Below, piece by piece: positions 51,121 through 61,230 of a stretch of DNA of 64,000 nucleotides. A program made the position numbers and the translations under genes. The first letter of the stretch is position 1. Each line of letters starts with the position of its first letter. The DNA is from Chitinophagales bacterium (GTDB lineage Bacteria; Bacteroidota; Bacteroidia; Chitinophagales; S012-47): assembly GCA_015487695.1 (NCBI GenBank), contig WFPF01000122.1:331-64330 (forward strand), in the 5' to 3' direction. Below the pieces are notes generated by a model, which worked only from the letters and a program-made list of their open reading frames with translations, was not told the DNA's origin and ran no database searches.

Positions 51121-52311
51121 CTATACCTGGTTCTCCTGATTGTCGAGATTGACGACCGGATGGCGTTCAAAAGGACGTTTCGGATCAAAATTGAGCCTCA
51201 GAGTGGCATACTTGCGGCTGATGGTAGCCCCTACCTTGGCTCCGATGGCCAGCATCTTCGGGTTGAAGTCTCCGATCCAGGTCATCACCAGTTCGTCATA
51301 CAGATTTTCATCTACGATGGTCAGGCTTCCGTACCGGGCGATGGCCATGTCTACACCTTTACGCTGCCATTTTCTTACTACACCGAAAACGAGGCCATAG
51401 AGTATACGGGGCTTGTGAAATGTTTTGTAGTATAGAAACTTGATCTTGCCCCAGGCATTCAGATTTCCATTTACATGTTTGAATATCTGATTGAGTTCGG
51501 GCAGGCTGACGAAAAAGCCAATGGGCTCATCATCATGGTAGGCAAAGATGACCACCCGCGGATCCATTACGGCCTTCATCGATTTGATGATTTTATAACC
51601 GGCTTCGGGCTTCATCTTTTTGAAGCCGGGCATGCCGCCCCAGGCATCATTGTACACGGTCATAAAATCCTCAGCGATCTTTTTTATTGAAAGGCCCCTC
51701 ACATCGCGCACTTCGATATTGTATCGCTTCATGATTATTTCCCCCAGCCGCATCTGCTCGGGGGTGGCGGGCGTATTTTTGACCGGCCGTTTCAGTATGT
51801 GTTGCTCATAAAAGATCCGGAAACCGTAGTTCTCGAGCAATTCGCGATAGTAGGGCGGATGAAGGTCCATTCCGTAGGTATTCTCTTCCTTAAAGTTTTC
51901 AATCAGCAAGCCCCAGAACATATTTTTTTCTCCGAAATTGATGGGGCCGTCCATGCCTTCCATTCCCCGGTCAAGGAGCCACTTTTTAGCTGCATCCAGC
52001 AGCGTATTGGCTGCTTCCTGATCATTGATGCAGTCAAAGAATCCCATGCCACCCACAGGGTATTGAAGCGGGTTGGGATATTTCTCATTGACAAAGGCTG
52101 CAATGCGGCCAATGACCTTGCCGTCCGGCCCGGTGAGCAACCAGCGGATGGCTTCTCCGTGCTCAAAAGTTTTGTTCCGTTTTGGGTCAAAGACCTTCTC
52201 CACGTCCTGCCGGAGAGCCGGAATCCAATTTGGATCATTTTTATGGATGATTCGTGGAAAATCAATCCACTGTTTGATCTGTTTTCGATCCTTTACTTCT
52301 ATCAGTTGCAT
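51121..52311 (-). CDS. YghO-like tandem GNAT protein (possible bacterial ceramide synthase-like)
   Basis: DFP...DPNW.P.L, GRIAAF, GFFDCI, GP, YN.AW, PELN, GV...Q.KG. Confidence 0.65.
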   Translation of the reverse strand: MQLIEVKDRKQIKQWIDFPRIIHKNDPNWIPALRQDVEKVFDPKRNKTFEHGEAIRWLLTGPDGKVIGRIAAFVNEKYPNPLQYPVGGMGFFDCINDQEAANTLLDAAKKWLLDRGMEGMDGPINFGEKNMFWGLLIENFKEENTYGMDLHPPYYRELLENYGFRIFYEQHILKRPVKNTPATPEQMRLGEIIMKRYNIEVRDVRGLSIKKIAEDFMTVYNDAWGGMPGFKKMKPEAGYKIIKSMKAVMDPRVVIFAYHDDEPIGFFVSLPELNQIFKHVNGNLNAWGKIKFLYYKTFHKPRILYGLVFGVVRKWQRKGVDMAIARYGSLTIVDENLYDELVMTWIGDFNPKMLAIGAKVGATISRKYATLRLNFDPKRPFERHPVVNLDNQENQV

Positions 52312-52450
52312 GGCATTGCTTTGGCGTAAAAATAATGAAAAGCCTCCTTCTCCCCGGTGCCGCTGCCGCTGCCGAAAACGGGCAATTGAAGAGCTGGCCG
52401 GGCCCTTCGGTAGCGCCTTAAAATCACGCGTTTAAAAAGGGCTTCAAATA

Positions 52451-52481
52451 TTTGAGATTTATACGGCTTGCCGTAACTTCG
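52451..52481 (+). promoter_or_regulatory. -33/-7 promoter of atpDC
   Basis: TTTG (52451) - 19 nt - TAACTTCG (52474). Confidence 0.65.
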
Positions 52482-52504
52482 CAGCCGAATTGAAATTACC
52501 TTAA

Positions 52505-54025
<1,521 letters not shown>

Positions 54026-54035
54026 TCCATAGAAA

Positions 54036-54314
54036 ATGCATTTGACTATTTTGACACCGGAGCAAAAGGTTTTTGACGGAGAGGTTGTTTCGGTAACCCT
54101 TCCGGGAAGTCGTGAAAAAGGCGCTTTTCAGATTCTCAGCAAGCATGCCCCGATTGTTTCTTCGCTTACTCCGGGAAAGCTGGTTGTGAAAAAAGCCGAT
54201 GGTGAGATTCTGAACTTTCAGGTACGCAGTGGCTTTGTAGAAGCCAGCAACGATGACATATCGGTTTTGGTAGAGGCGGTAAACGGGAAATACACGCCCG
54301 ATGATATCGATTAA
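54036..54314 (+). CDS. atpC: F1 ATP synthase epsilon subunit (short form)
   Basis: ILTPE..VF.GEV, G.FQIL..HAP, GFVE. Confidence 0.93.
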   Translation: MHLTILTPEQKVFDGEVVSVTLPGSREKGAFQILSKHAPIVSSLTPGKLVVKKADGEILNFQVRSGFVEASNDDISVLVEAVNGKYTPDDID

Positions 54315-54333
54315 ACCGGAACAGAAAGAGCAT

Positions 54334-54366
54334 AAAAAAGGGCTTCCGATCGGAGGCCCTTTTTTT
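54334..54366. terminator. Bidirectional intrinsic terminator after atpC
   Basis: AAAAAAGGGCTTCCGATCGGAGGCCCTTTTTTT. Confidence 0.88.
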
Positions 54367-54504
54367 ATCCGGTTCATCCTTCAATATTTCTCATTCATCA
54401 TTTCAAACTTTACACGAGATGGAATTAGACCTATCTTTCGATTGTTATTAAGAAAGAGATCAAAGCGAATAAAAAATACTGAAGATACATTTTGGGTGAA
54501 TGGC

Positions 54505-54545
54505 GGCAGATGTCCGGAGTCAAGGATTCCGGCATCTGTCTTTTT
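54505..54545 (+). terminator. Second long hairpin with U-tract
   Basis: GGCAGATG-T-CCGGAGTC-AAG-GATTCCGG-CATCTGTC followed by TTTTT. Confidence 0.6.
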
Positions 54546-54565
54546 AGACCTTTCTGTTTTTTTAA

Positions 54566-55714
54566 TTACCAACGAAATACGGCAATCGCATAAGTATCTT
54601 CCACCGGAAATTTTTCATCCGGCAAAAGGTCTACACTTCCATCGGTCAATACCGTCAGAGCAGCCAGCTCATTGAGCAGTTCCCTGCTTCCTTTTTCATA
54701 CTTCTCGTGGCGAATGATTTCTCTTTTTTCCTCATCATATTCGCCAAATATGCTTTCAGGATATTGAAGGATGAGATGTTCGACACGGCCACGCTCTGCG
54801 GCAGGCAGAATGTTTTCGACACTTTGGGCCGTTTTGCCCGTGCCGGCCAGCATCATAAATTTCTCCAGTCTTTCCGGTACTTCCGCCTCGAAATAGTCTT
54901 TCAGCAGTTGCAGGGCATCGCGGTGCAACTCGGCATCTTTGGCATTTTTTCGGCTGCCTTTAATGCATTCGGGATATAGATTCTTGTAAGAGCTTACATC
55001 TTTGTAGATGGGATAAAAGTATTCGACACAGGCAATAATCAGGGGTGCATTCTTGTCGTGAAGAAAGCTTTTGTACAGGGCATCGTCCACGGCTTCAAAA
55101 AACTTCCAAATCTCTTTTTTCTCCAACTCCGGAGTGCTCTCATGGCCTTTTAGCACGGTACCCCGTCCCATGCTAAGGGTATGAAACTGAGGTGATTTTT
55201 CACGATAGTCGTAGCCGACTACTTCTTCGAGTGCCCGGGGCGTGATACCGGCAACTTCGATCTGCTCGATACGGTACTTATCGGCTTTGAAAAATTTGAT
55301 CTCGTCCAGATTCAGTTCGAGAATGTAAAACGTTTTGTTGTGCTGAACCATGGGAATCAGTGGCACAATGTAGAAACGGTCCGAGACGGTCAGCATCTGG
55401 GCCGGTGCCTCGGGAAGCTGATGTACTTCAAAATTGTCTCCCGACTTGTACACGGCCAGTCCGTGGTCGAGGTAATGCCAGAATAGATGGTCTTCGAGCA
55501 ATGCTTGAAAAGGAGCGAGTTCGGCTTTGATTTCTCCATGATTGAGGCCCTGTTTTTCCAGCGCATTGCCCAGCTCTTTCATCAGGTTCTTAAATACCTT
55601 TTTATCTTTCTCGTTTAATACTTCCTGACCGCTTTTGTGGGTAGGTAAGAGCATGGATATACAGCGTTCTCCCTGATGTTCGGCCAGCCTTCTCAATTCT
55701 GTATTTGTAATCAT
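54566..55714 (-). CDS. Bacterial aeRF1-like protein (baeRF3/7, Balon-like)
   Basis: CISMLLPTH, FKNL, FW...GLA, F.I.PL, PLIIA, A..GRVE.L, ends AVFRW. No GGQ. Confidence 0.8.
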   Translation of the reverse strand: MITNTELRRLAEHQGERCISMLLPTHKSGQEVLNEKDKKVFKNLMKELGNALEKQGLNHGEIKAELAPFQALLEDHLFWHYLDHGLAVYKSGDNFEVHQLPEAPAQMLTVSDRFYIVPLIPMVQHNKTFYILELNLDEIKFFKADKYRIEQIEVAGITPRALEEVVGYDYREKSPQFHTLSMGRGTVLKGHESTPELEKKEIWKFFEAVDDALYKSFLHDKNAPLIIACVEYFYPIYKDVSSYKNLYPECIKGSRKNAKDAELHRDALQLLKDYFEAEVPERLEKFMMLAGTGKTAQSVENILPAAERGRVEHLILQYPESIFGEYDEEKREIIRHEKYEKGSRELLNELAALTVLTDGSVDLLPDEKFPVEDTYAIAVFRW

Positions 55715-55817
55715 CCTTTTCCGGTTTGGTTATTGAAATATATTCCCTCATTGACAAAGATAAGGAGCAATTTTGCTCTTCTTTCCTTAATTTGGGATTA
55801 ATCCAATAAAGCGGGTA

Positions 55818-57101
55818 ATGGGTTCCTTACATGCTTCCGAAATCCTGACTTTGTTTACCGGCCTGGCCATAGCTGCAGGCATCGGTTTCCTTATCGGCAT
55901 TGAGCGCGAATATGCAGGCCGTGATCAGATGAAGCCCTCGGAATTTTTTGCCGGTATTCGCACCTTCCCGATCATTTCCACGCTCGGCTTTCTGCTCATG
56001 CTGCTGGGGCAGGAAGTTTCCATGTGGATTTACGGTATCGGCATGCTGGGTGTCCTCGCCATCATCGTTGTGGGGTATTTCAACGAAGCCAAAAGGGGCG
56101 ATACGGGCAGCACCACCGAGTTTACGGCAGTGCTTACCTTCATCCTGGGCGGGCTGGTCTATTTGCATCACTATGAACTGGCCGTGGCTACGGCCGTATT
56201 GACTACTTTCCTCCTGGCCCTGAAGTCGACCCTCCACAGAATGGTGGCCCGACTTACGCACGAAGAGATCATTGCGATTCTGCAGTTTATCGTTATTACC
56301 GTGCTCATCCTTCCTTTTCTTCCCGATAAAAACTATGGCCCTTTCGATGCGTTGAACCCGCACAAGATCTGGGTTGTGGTGATTATTTTGGTCAGCATCA
56401 ATTTCGGACTCTATCTTATCGGGAAGTTTGTAAAGCCCGGAAATTCCCTTTTGCTGGCAGGGATTATTGGCGGAATGGTATCAAGTACCGCACTGACCTG
56501 GTACGTGGCGACCCGGAGCAAAAAAAGCCGGGGAGAAGCCATTCCCTTTGCCATAACGGGCATAGTGGCCTCCTCTCTGATGTTCTTTCGCATTCTGATC
56601 TGGCTCTACATATTCAATGGAGATCTTTTTAGGATGCTGGCACTGCCCCTCTTGATTATATCCGCATCCGGAATCGGATTTGCATATCTTATGAATCGCA
56701 GACATCGCTCCCAGGGCCTGAAAGGCGAACTGCCGATTCAGAACCCCCTGAACCTGAAGGATGCTTTGAAATTTGCCCTTATTTATTCGCTCATTCTCAT
56801 TCTCGTGGCCTTTTCGCAGGAGCAGCTTGGCAATGCGGGCATCTACCTCACAAGTGCCGTCTCGGGCCTTACGGATGTCGATGCCATTACTATTTCCCTA
56901 TCGCGACTGGCAGGCGATGAGATGGCATTGGGTGTGGCCGCCCTGGCCATTCTTATCGGTGCCCTGTCCAATACCGTGACCAAGTATGTGCTTTGTATCG
57001 TTGCAGGCAAGCGCGACTTTCTCCGGGCCATCACGCCCGGTTATCTGCTTCTTCTCTTCAGCAGCTCGCTGGCACTTCTCTTTCTGCTTTATCGGATTTA
57101 A
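55818..57101 (+). CDS. MgtC/SapB family protein with DUF4010
   Basis: GFLIGIERE, AGIRTF, G.TTE, LPFLP, GGMVSSTA, NPL, GLTDVDAI. Confidence 0.9.
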   Translation: MGSLHASEILTLFTGLAIAAGIGFLIGIEREYAGRDQMKPSEFFAGIRTFPIISTLGFLLMLLGQEVSMWIYGIGMLGVLAIIVVGYFNEAKRGDTGSTTEFTAVLTFILGGLVYLHHYELAVATAVLTTFLLALKSTLHRMVARLTHEEIIAILQFIVITVLILPFLPDKNYGPFDALNPHKIWVVVIILVSINFGLYLIGKFVKPGNSLLLAGIIGGMVSSTALTWYVATRSKKSRGEAIPFAITGIVASSLMFFRILIWLYIFNGDLFRMLALPLLIISASGIGFAYLMNRRHRSQGLKGELPIQNPLNLKDALKFALIYSLILILVAFSQEQLGNAGIYLTSAVSGLTDVDAITISLSRLAGDEMALGVAALAILIGALSNTVTKYVLCIVAGKRDFLRAITPGYLLLLFSSSLALLFLLYRI

Positions 57102-57264
57102 GCTGCATTTAATTAAATATCTTAATAATTGAATTTCAAGCGTTTTGTGAAAATGCCTTTTGTATGTTATTCTGTACAGCTGTGGATATTCAAAAGTCCT
57201 GAAATCCACTATTGACAAGGATTTAAATGTACTTTCAGTTACCATTTCATAATAAAGTGCGAGG

Positions 57265-59124
57265 ATGAAACAAATTACCCTTTTCTTTTTAGGTATGCTG
57301 CTGGCAGTGGGGGTCAATGCACAACCATTGATATTTCAGTATGCCCCTGAGCCGTCCATTCCTTCGAGCAACGCAAGGCAGGGAATAATCAATTGTCACA
57401 ACCTCAGTGTGGTTTTCAATCCGGGCAACGGCCTCAGGCGCCTTATCGTGATGCGGGCCGGAGCTCCGGTAGATAAGCTGCCCGTAGACGGGATGAGCTA
57501 CAATGCCAATACCGTATTTGGAAAGGGGGATGATCTGGGCAATGGCAATTTTGTGGTTTACAACGGGCCTTCCGGATTTGCCATTGTGAGTGGTCTCCAG
57601 GAGAATACCGATTATCACTATGCCATATTCGAATACAATGGCAGCGGCAGCAACAGCAACTACCTGACGAGTATCTACCTTTCGCTGAACAAAAAATTAC
57701 CCGCAGATCCCAAGGTGGCGGCTTCTACAAACGATGTGCGCTGCTACGGAGAAGCCAACGGAAGAATTGAGTTGCAAGTCAGCGGGGGAACGGCTCCTTT
57801 CATGGTGCAGTGGAACACGGGCGAGCAGGGCCTGCTCCTGGAAAATCTGAAAGCAGGCAACTATGCCTACACCATGACCGACAGCGTAGCCTGCAAACGG
57901 ACGGGGTCAATACAAATTACAGAACCGGATTTGCTCGACCTGCAGCTTAGCAAAGAAGATGTGAGCTGCCCCGGGGGTGACGATGGCACACTCAGTGCCG
58001 GCATCAGCGGTGGAACTCCCACATACAAACTGACCTGGAGTACCGGAAGCAATCAAAACACCATCAGCAATCTGACGGCAGGGACTTATACCCTGACAGT
58101 CGAAGACGAACACGCGTGTACAGCAGTAAAAAGCGAGGAGATTCAGCAACCGCCTTCCTTTAATATCGAAAGCTTCTCGCAGGCGGTATCTTGCCATGGC
58201 GCTGCGGATGGCCTTCTGCAGGTCTATCCGGCCGGAGGTACCCCTCCGTATCAGATCGTATGGAGCAACGGGAGCAGTGACTTCAAAAATGAGCAATTGA
58301 CCGGAGGAACGTATTCCTATAGCATCACTGATGCCAACGGTTGCAGTTTCGAAGGAGAACTTTTTGTGATGGAGCCCGAGCCGCTGCAGCTTCTGGCAAC
58401 GATCTATGATATTTCCTGCTTCGGATTAAGTGACGGCTCGGCTGAAGTGGAGGTGAGCGGAGGCACGGCCCCCTACAGCATCCTTTGGTCCGATGGAAGC
58501 AGTGACTTTTTGAGGAATACACTTCAGGCGGGCCCCTACCGCCTTTCGGTTACCGATGATCATGCCTGCCGGGATACGCTGTCATTCAGCATCAACGAGC
58601 CCGACAGTCTGTCTCTTGATCTGCAGGTGCAGGATGTGACCTGTGCGCAAAAGTCGGACGGAAGAATTGATGTAACCCTTGAGGGAGGCACCGAGCCCTA
58701 CTACTATCAGTGGAATGACGGAAGCAGCGACATGAATCGCAACTACCTCGCACGAGGGGTTTATGAGCTTACCGTTACGGACGATAACGGATGCACAAAG
58801 GTAGAATCGGCTCGCATAGATGTGGTCGCTCAAAGCCTGCAGGATTGTGAAGTGACGGTGGACATATATGATGTCATTACACCCAACGGAGATGGCGACA
58901 ACGATGTGTGGATAGTGGAAGATATTCAGGAATATCCTGATAATGAGGTGGAGATTTACAATCGTTGGGGGCTGCTTGTTTATAGAGCCAAATCATACCA
59001 GAACGATTGGAATGGCCTGGACATGGAGGGGCGCGAACTCCCGCCCGGAACCTACTACTACGTCCTTAAAGTCTATTCCGGAGTACCTGTCACATTTACC
59101 GGACCCTTAACTTTTCTACGATGA
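57265..59124 (+). CDS. T9SS type B cargo: FN3-like domain, five SprB repeats, CHU_C CTD
   Basis: Five repeats C.G..DG...GGT.PY...W; C-terminal ITPNGDGDND...IYNRWG...GTYYY...LTFLR. Confidence 0.9.
   Translation: MKQITLFFLGMLLAVGVNAQPLIFQYAPEPSIPSSNARQGIINCHNLSVVFNPGNGLRRLIVMRAGAPVDKLPVDGMSYNANTVFGKGDDLGNGNFVVYNGPSGFAIVSGLQENTDYHYAIFEYNGSGSNSNYLTSIYLSLNKKLPADPKVAASTNDVRCYGEANGRIELQVSGGTAPFMVQWNTGEQGLLLENLKAGNYAYTMTDSVACKRTGSIQITEPDLLDLQLSKEDVSCPGGDDGTLSAGISGGTPTYKLTWSTGSNQNTISNLTAGTYTLTVEDEHACTAVKSEEIQQPPSFNIESFSQAVSCHGAADGLLQVYPAGGTPPYQIVWSNGSSDFKNEQLTGGTYSYSITDANGCSFEGELFVMEPEPLQLLATIYDISCFGLSDGSAEVEVSGGTAPYSILWSDGSSDFLRNTLQAGPYRLSVTDDHACRDTLSFSINEPDSLSLDLQVQDVTCAQKSDGRIDVTLEGGTEPYYYQWNDGSSDMNRNYLARGVYELTVTDDNGCTKVESARIDVVAQSLQDCEVTVDIYDVITPNGDGDNDVWIVEDIQEYPDNEVEIYNRWGLLVYRAKSYQNDWNGLDMEGRELPPGTYYYVLKVYSGVPVTFTGPLTFLR
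57721..58820 (+). repeat. Five ~75-aa SprB repeats (approximate bounds)
   Basis: CYGEANG, CPGGDDG, CHGAADG, CFGLSDG, CAQKSDG at about 225-nt spacing. Confidence 0.85.
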
Positions 59125-60557
59125 AAAAGACCTTCATAATATCCATACTTTGCCTGCTGACATTGAGTGTTTCGGCTCAGCAATATCCTCTGCATACCAA
59201 CTATATGTTCAATGCACTGATGTACAATCCCGGCCTGACGGGAAGCAGTGCAGACCCCATGGCGCGGATATCCATGCGCAAGCAATGGGTAGGAATTGAC
59301 GGAAGTCCTTTCACGGGATTTGCAAGCTACGATCAACAGTTTGGCTCGGGGCCCCTTGCGGCCGGAGGATATATTCTGAGCGATGTGCTGGGTTATCTCA
59401 ACCGGACGGGTGCGAGCGGATTGCTTTCATATCGAATGGACTTTGGCGAGGGAAGGACCCTCGGACTGGGGCTCTCGGCAGGGGTGTACCGCATTTTTCT
59501 GGATGGAAGATACAATGCACAGACTGTCAATGACATTACGCTGATCAATGCCGAAAAGGGAAAGTGGCTGCCCGATATTTCTCTCGGCATTTATTATCAC
59601 ACACCCAAGTGGTTTGCCGGCCTTTCGATGCCGCAGGCATTCCGAAGCAAAGCCGACTTCAGCAAGCAGGGGATAGAAAATGTATATCGATTGGAGAAAA
59701 CATGGACCGGTTTTGCAGGTGTGAACCTGCCGCTCAATGAAGTTTTTGTTTTGCAACCGATGCTTGTAGGGCGTTTTACGCGACCTGCCGTTTTTCAGAT
59801 GGATGCCAGCGCTAAACTCAGCATGCATCAGAAATACTGGGTCATGGCTTCCTACCGACTGAAAGATGCGGCATCTCTTTCGGCCGGGGCCTGGGTCAAC
59901 GACAACATGGAAATAGCCTATGGATATGATCTGACTGTTTCGGGCCTGGCATCCTATACCTCGGGATCGCACGAAGTGATGCTGGCTTACCGTTTTGGCG
60001 ATTGCAAAGACCGGGATGGTGATGGGGTTTGTGACAAAGACGATGCCTGCCCGGACGAGCCCGGTCCGGTCGACAATGACGGTTGCCCTGTGATTTTGAG
60101 TAAAAAAGATATTGACGATGACGGCATTCCGGACGATGAAGACCTTTGCCCCAATACGGCAGGACTTTTTGAAAACCAGGGATGCCCGGTACTCAGTCTG
60201 GAGCAACAGCAAACCATCGATTTTGCCGTAAAGAATCTGGAGTTCAAATTCGATAAAGATGTCATTGAAGACACATCAAAACCCTATCTGGACAAACTTG
60301 CTGAGTTGATGATTGAAGAAAAGGACTGGAAGCTCAAAGTTTCGGGTCATACCGACTCGGAAGGGTCTGAGGAATACAATATTAAGTTGTCCAGGTCGAG
60401 AGCCTATGCCGTGCGCAATTATCTGATGAAAAAAGGTGTCCCCAAAGACCGGATACTGGTTGAGTTCTTCGGAGAGTATGTGCCGCTGACAGACAACAAC
60501 AGTGAAGAAGGTCGACAACGCAACAGGCGTGTGGAAATGATTTTTGTTTTTGAATAA
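59121..60557 (+). CDS. PorP/SprF barrel fused to TSP3-like repeats and an OmpA C-terminal domain
   Basis: AQQ....YMFN...NP, RKQWVG..G.P, GSHEVML; then DRDGDGVCD/DDDGIPD; then GHTD, N..LS..RA, NRRVE. Confidence 0.9.
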   Translation: MKKTFIISILCLLTLSVSAQQYPLHTNYMFNALMYNPGLTGSSADPMARISMRKQWVGIDGSPFTGFASYDQQFGSGPLAAGGYILSDVLGYLNRTGASGLLSYRMDFGEGRTLGLGLSAGVYRIFLDGRYNAQTVNDITLINAEKGKWLPDISLGIYYHTPKWFAGLSMPQAFRSKADFSKQGIENVYRLEKTWTGFAGVNLPLNEVFVLQPMLVGRFTRPAVFQMDASAKLSMHQKYWVMASYRLKDAASLSAGAWVNDNMEIAYGYDLTVSGLASYTSGSHEVMLAYRFGDCKDRDGDGVCDKDDACPDEPGPVDNDGCPVILSKKDIDDDGIPDDEDLCPNTAGLFENQGCPVLSLEQQQTIDFAVKNLEFKFDKDVIEDTSKPYLDKLAELMIEEKDWKLKVSGHTDSEGSEEYNIKLSRSRAYAVRNYLMKKGVPKDRILVEFFGEYVPLTDNNSEEGRQRNRRVEMIFVFE

Positions 60558-60681
60558 AGCAGTTGGTCGTACTCCTGCCCGGTTTCATCAGAGGCTATTT
60601 CCCGCTGGTCTTCTTTTTTGAGTTGAGTATAGGGTGTAATCTATCGGGTCGGCTTATCTTTTGCATAGAATTTTGCAGTTA

Positions 60682-61230
60682 ATGAGGCTCACTTTACTAT
60701 TGCTGTTTTCTTTTATCATTATTGGCCCGGTGCAGGGTCAGAAAGGCCACTATATCACCCGCAATGGCAAAGTGCATTTTATTTCGGAAGCTCCGCTTGA
60801 AACCATCGAGGCCGAAAGCAAGGAACTCTCCGGAATTATCAACCCCGAAAACAATCAATTTGCTTTTTCCATACCCGTTGCTTCCTTTCATGGTTTCAAC
60901 GGTCCCTTGCAAGAGGAGCATTTCAACGAAAACTACCTGGAGTCGGAAAAATATGGCGAGGCCACATTTAAAGGCAGAATCATTGAGAAGGTGGATCTGA
61001 TGAATGACGGGGAATATCAGCTGAGGGCCAAGGGGGTTTTCAGTATTCACGGAGTGGAGCAGACCAAAGTGATTGACAGCTATGTGAAGGTCAGTGACGG
61101 AAAACTTCTTATTCATTCGGTTTTTCCTATCCTCCTTGCTGATTTTGACATCCATATTCCCCGCATTGTCCGGCAGAAAATTTCACAGGAAATTATGGTA
61201 AATGTATCCGCAGAGTTGGAATATAAATAA
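60682..61230 (+). CDS. YceI family protein
   Basis: Signal peptide, F.SEAPLE.I.A, LQEEHFNENYLES.KY, IHGV. Start probably 60682. Confidence 0.88.
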   Translation: MRLTLLLLFSFIIIGPVQGQKGHYITRNGKVHFISEAPLETIEAESKELSGIINPENNQFAFSIPVASFHGFNGPLQEEHFNENYLESEKYGEATFKGRIIEKVDLMNDGEYQLRAKGVFSIHGVEQTKVIDSYVKVSDGKLLIHSVFPILLADFDIHIPRIVRQKISQEIMVNVSAELEYK

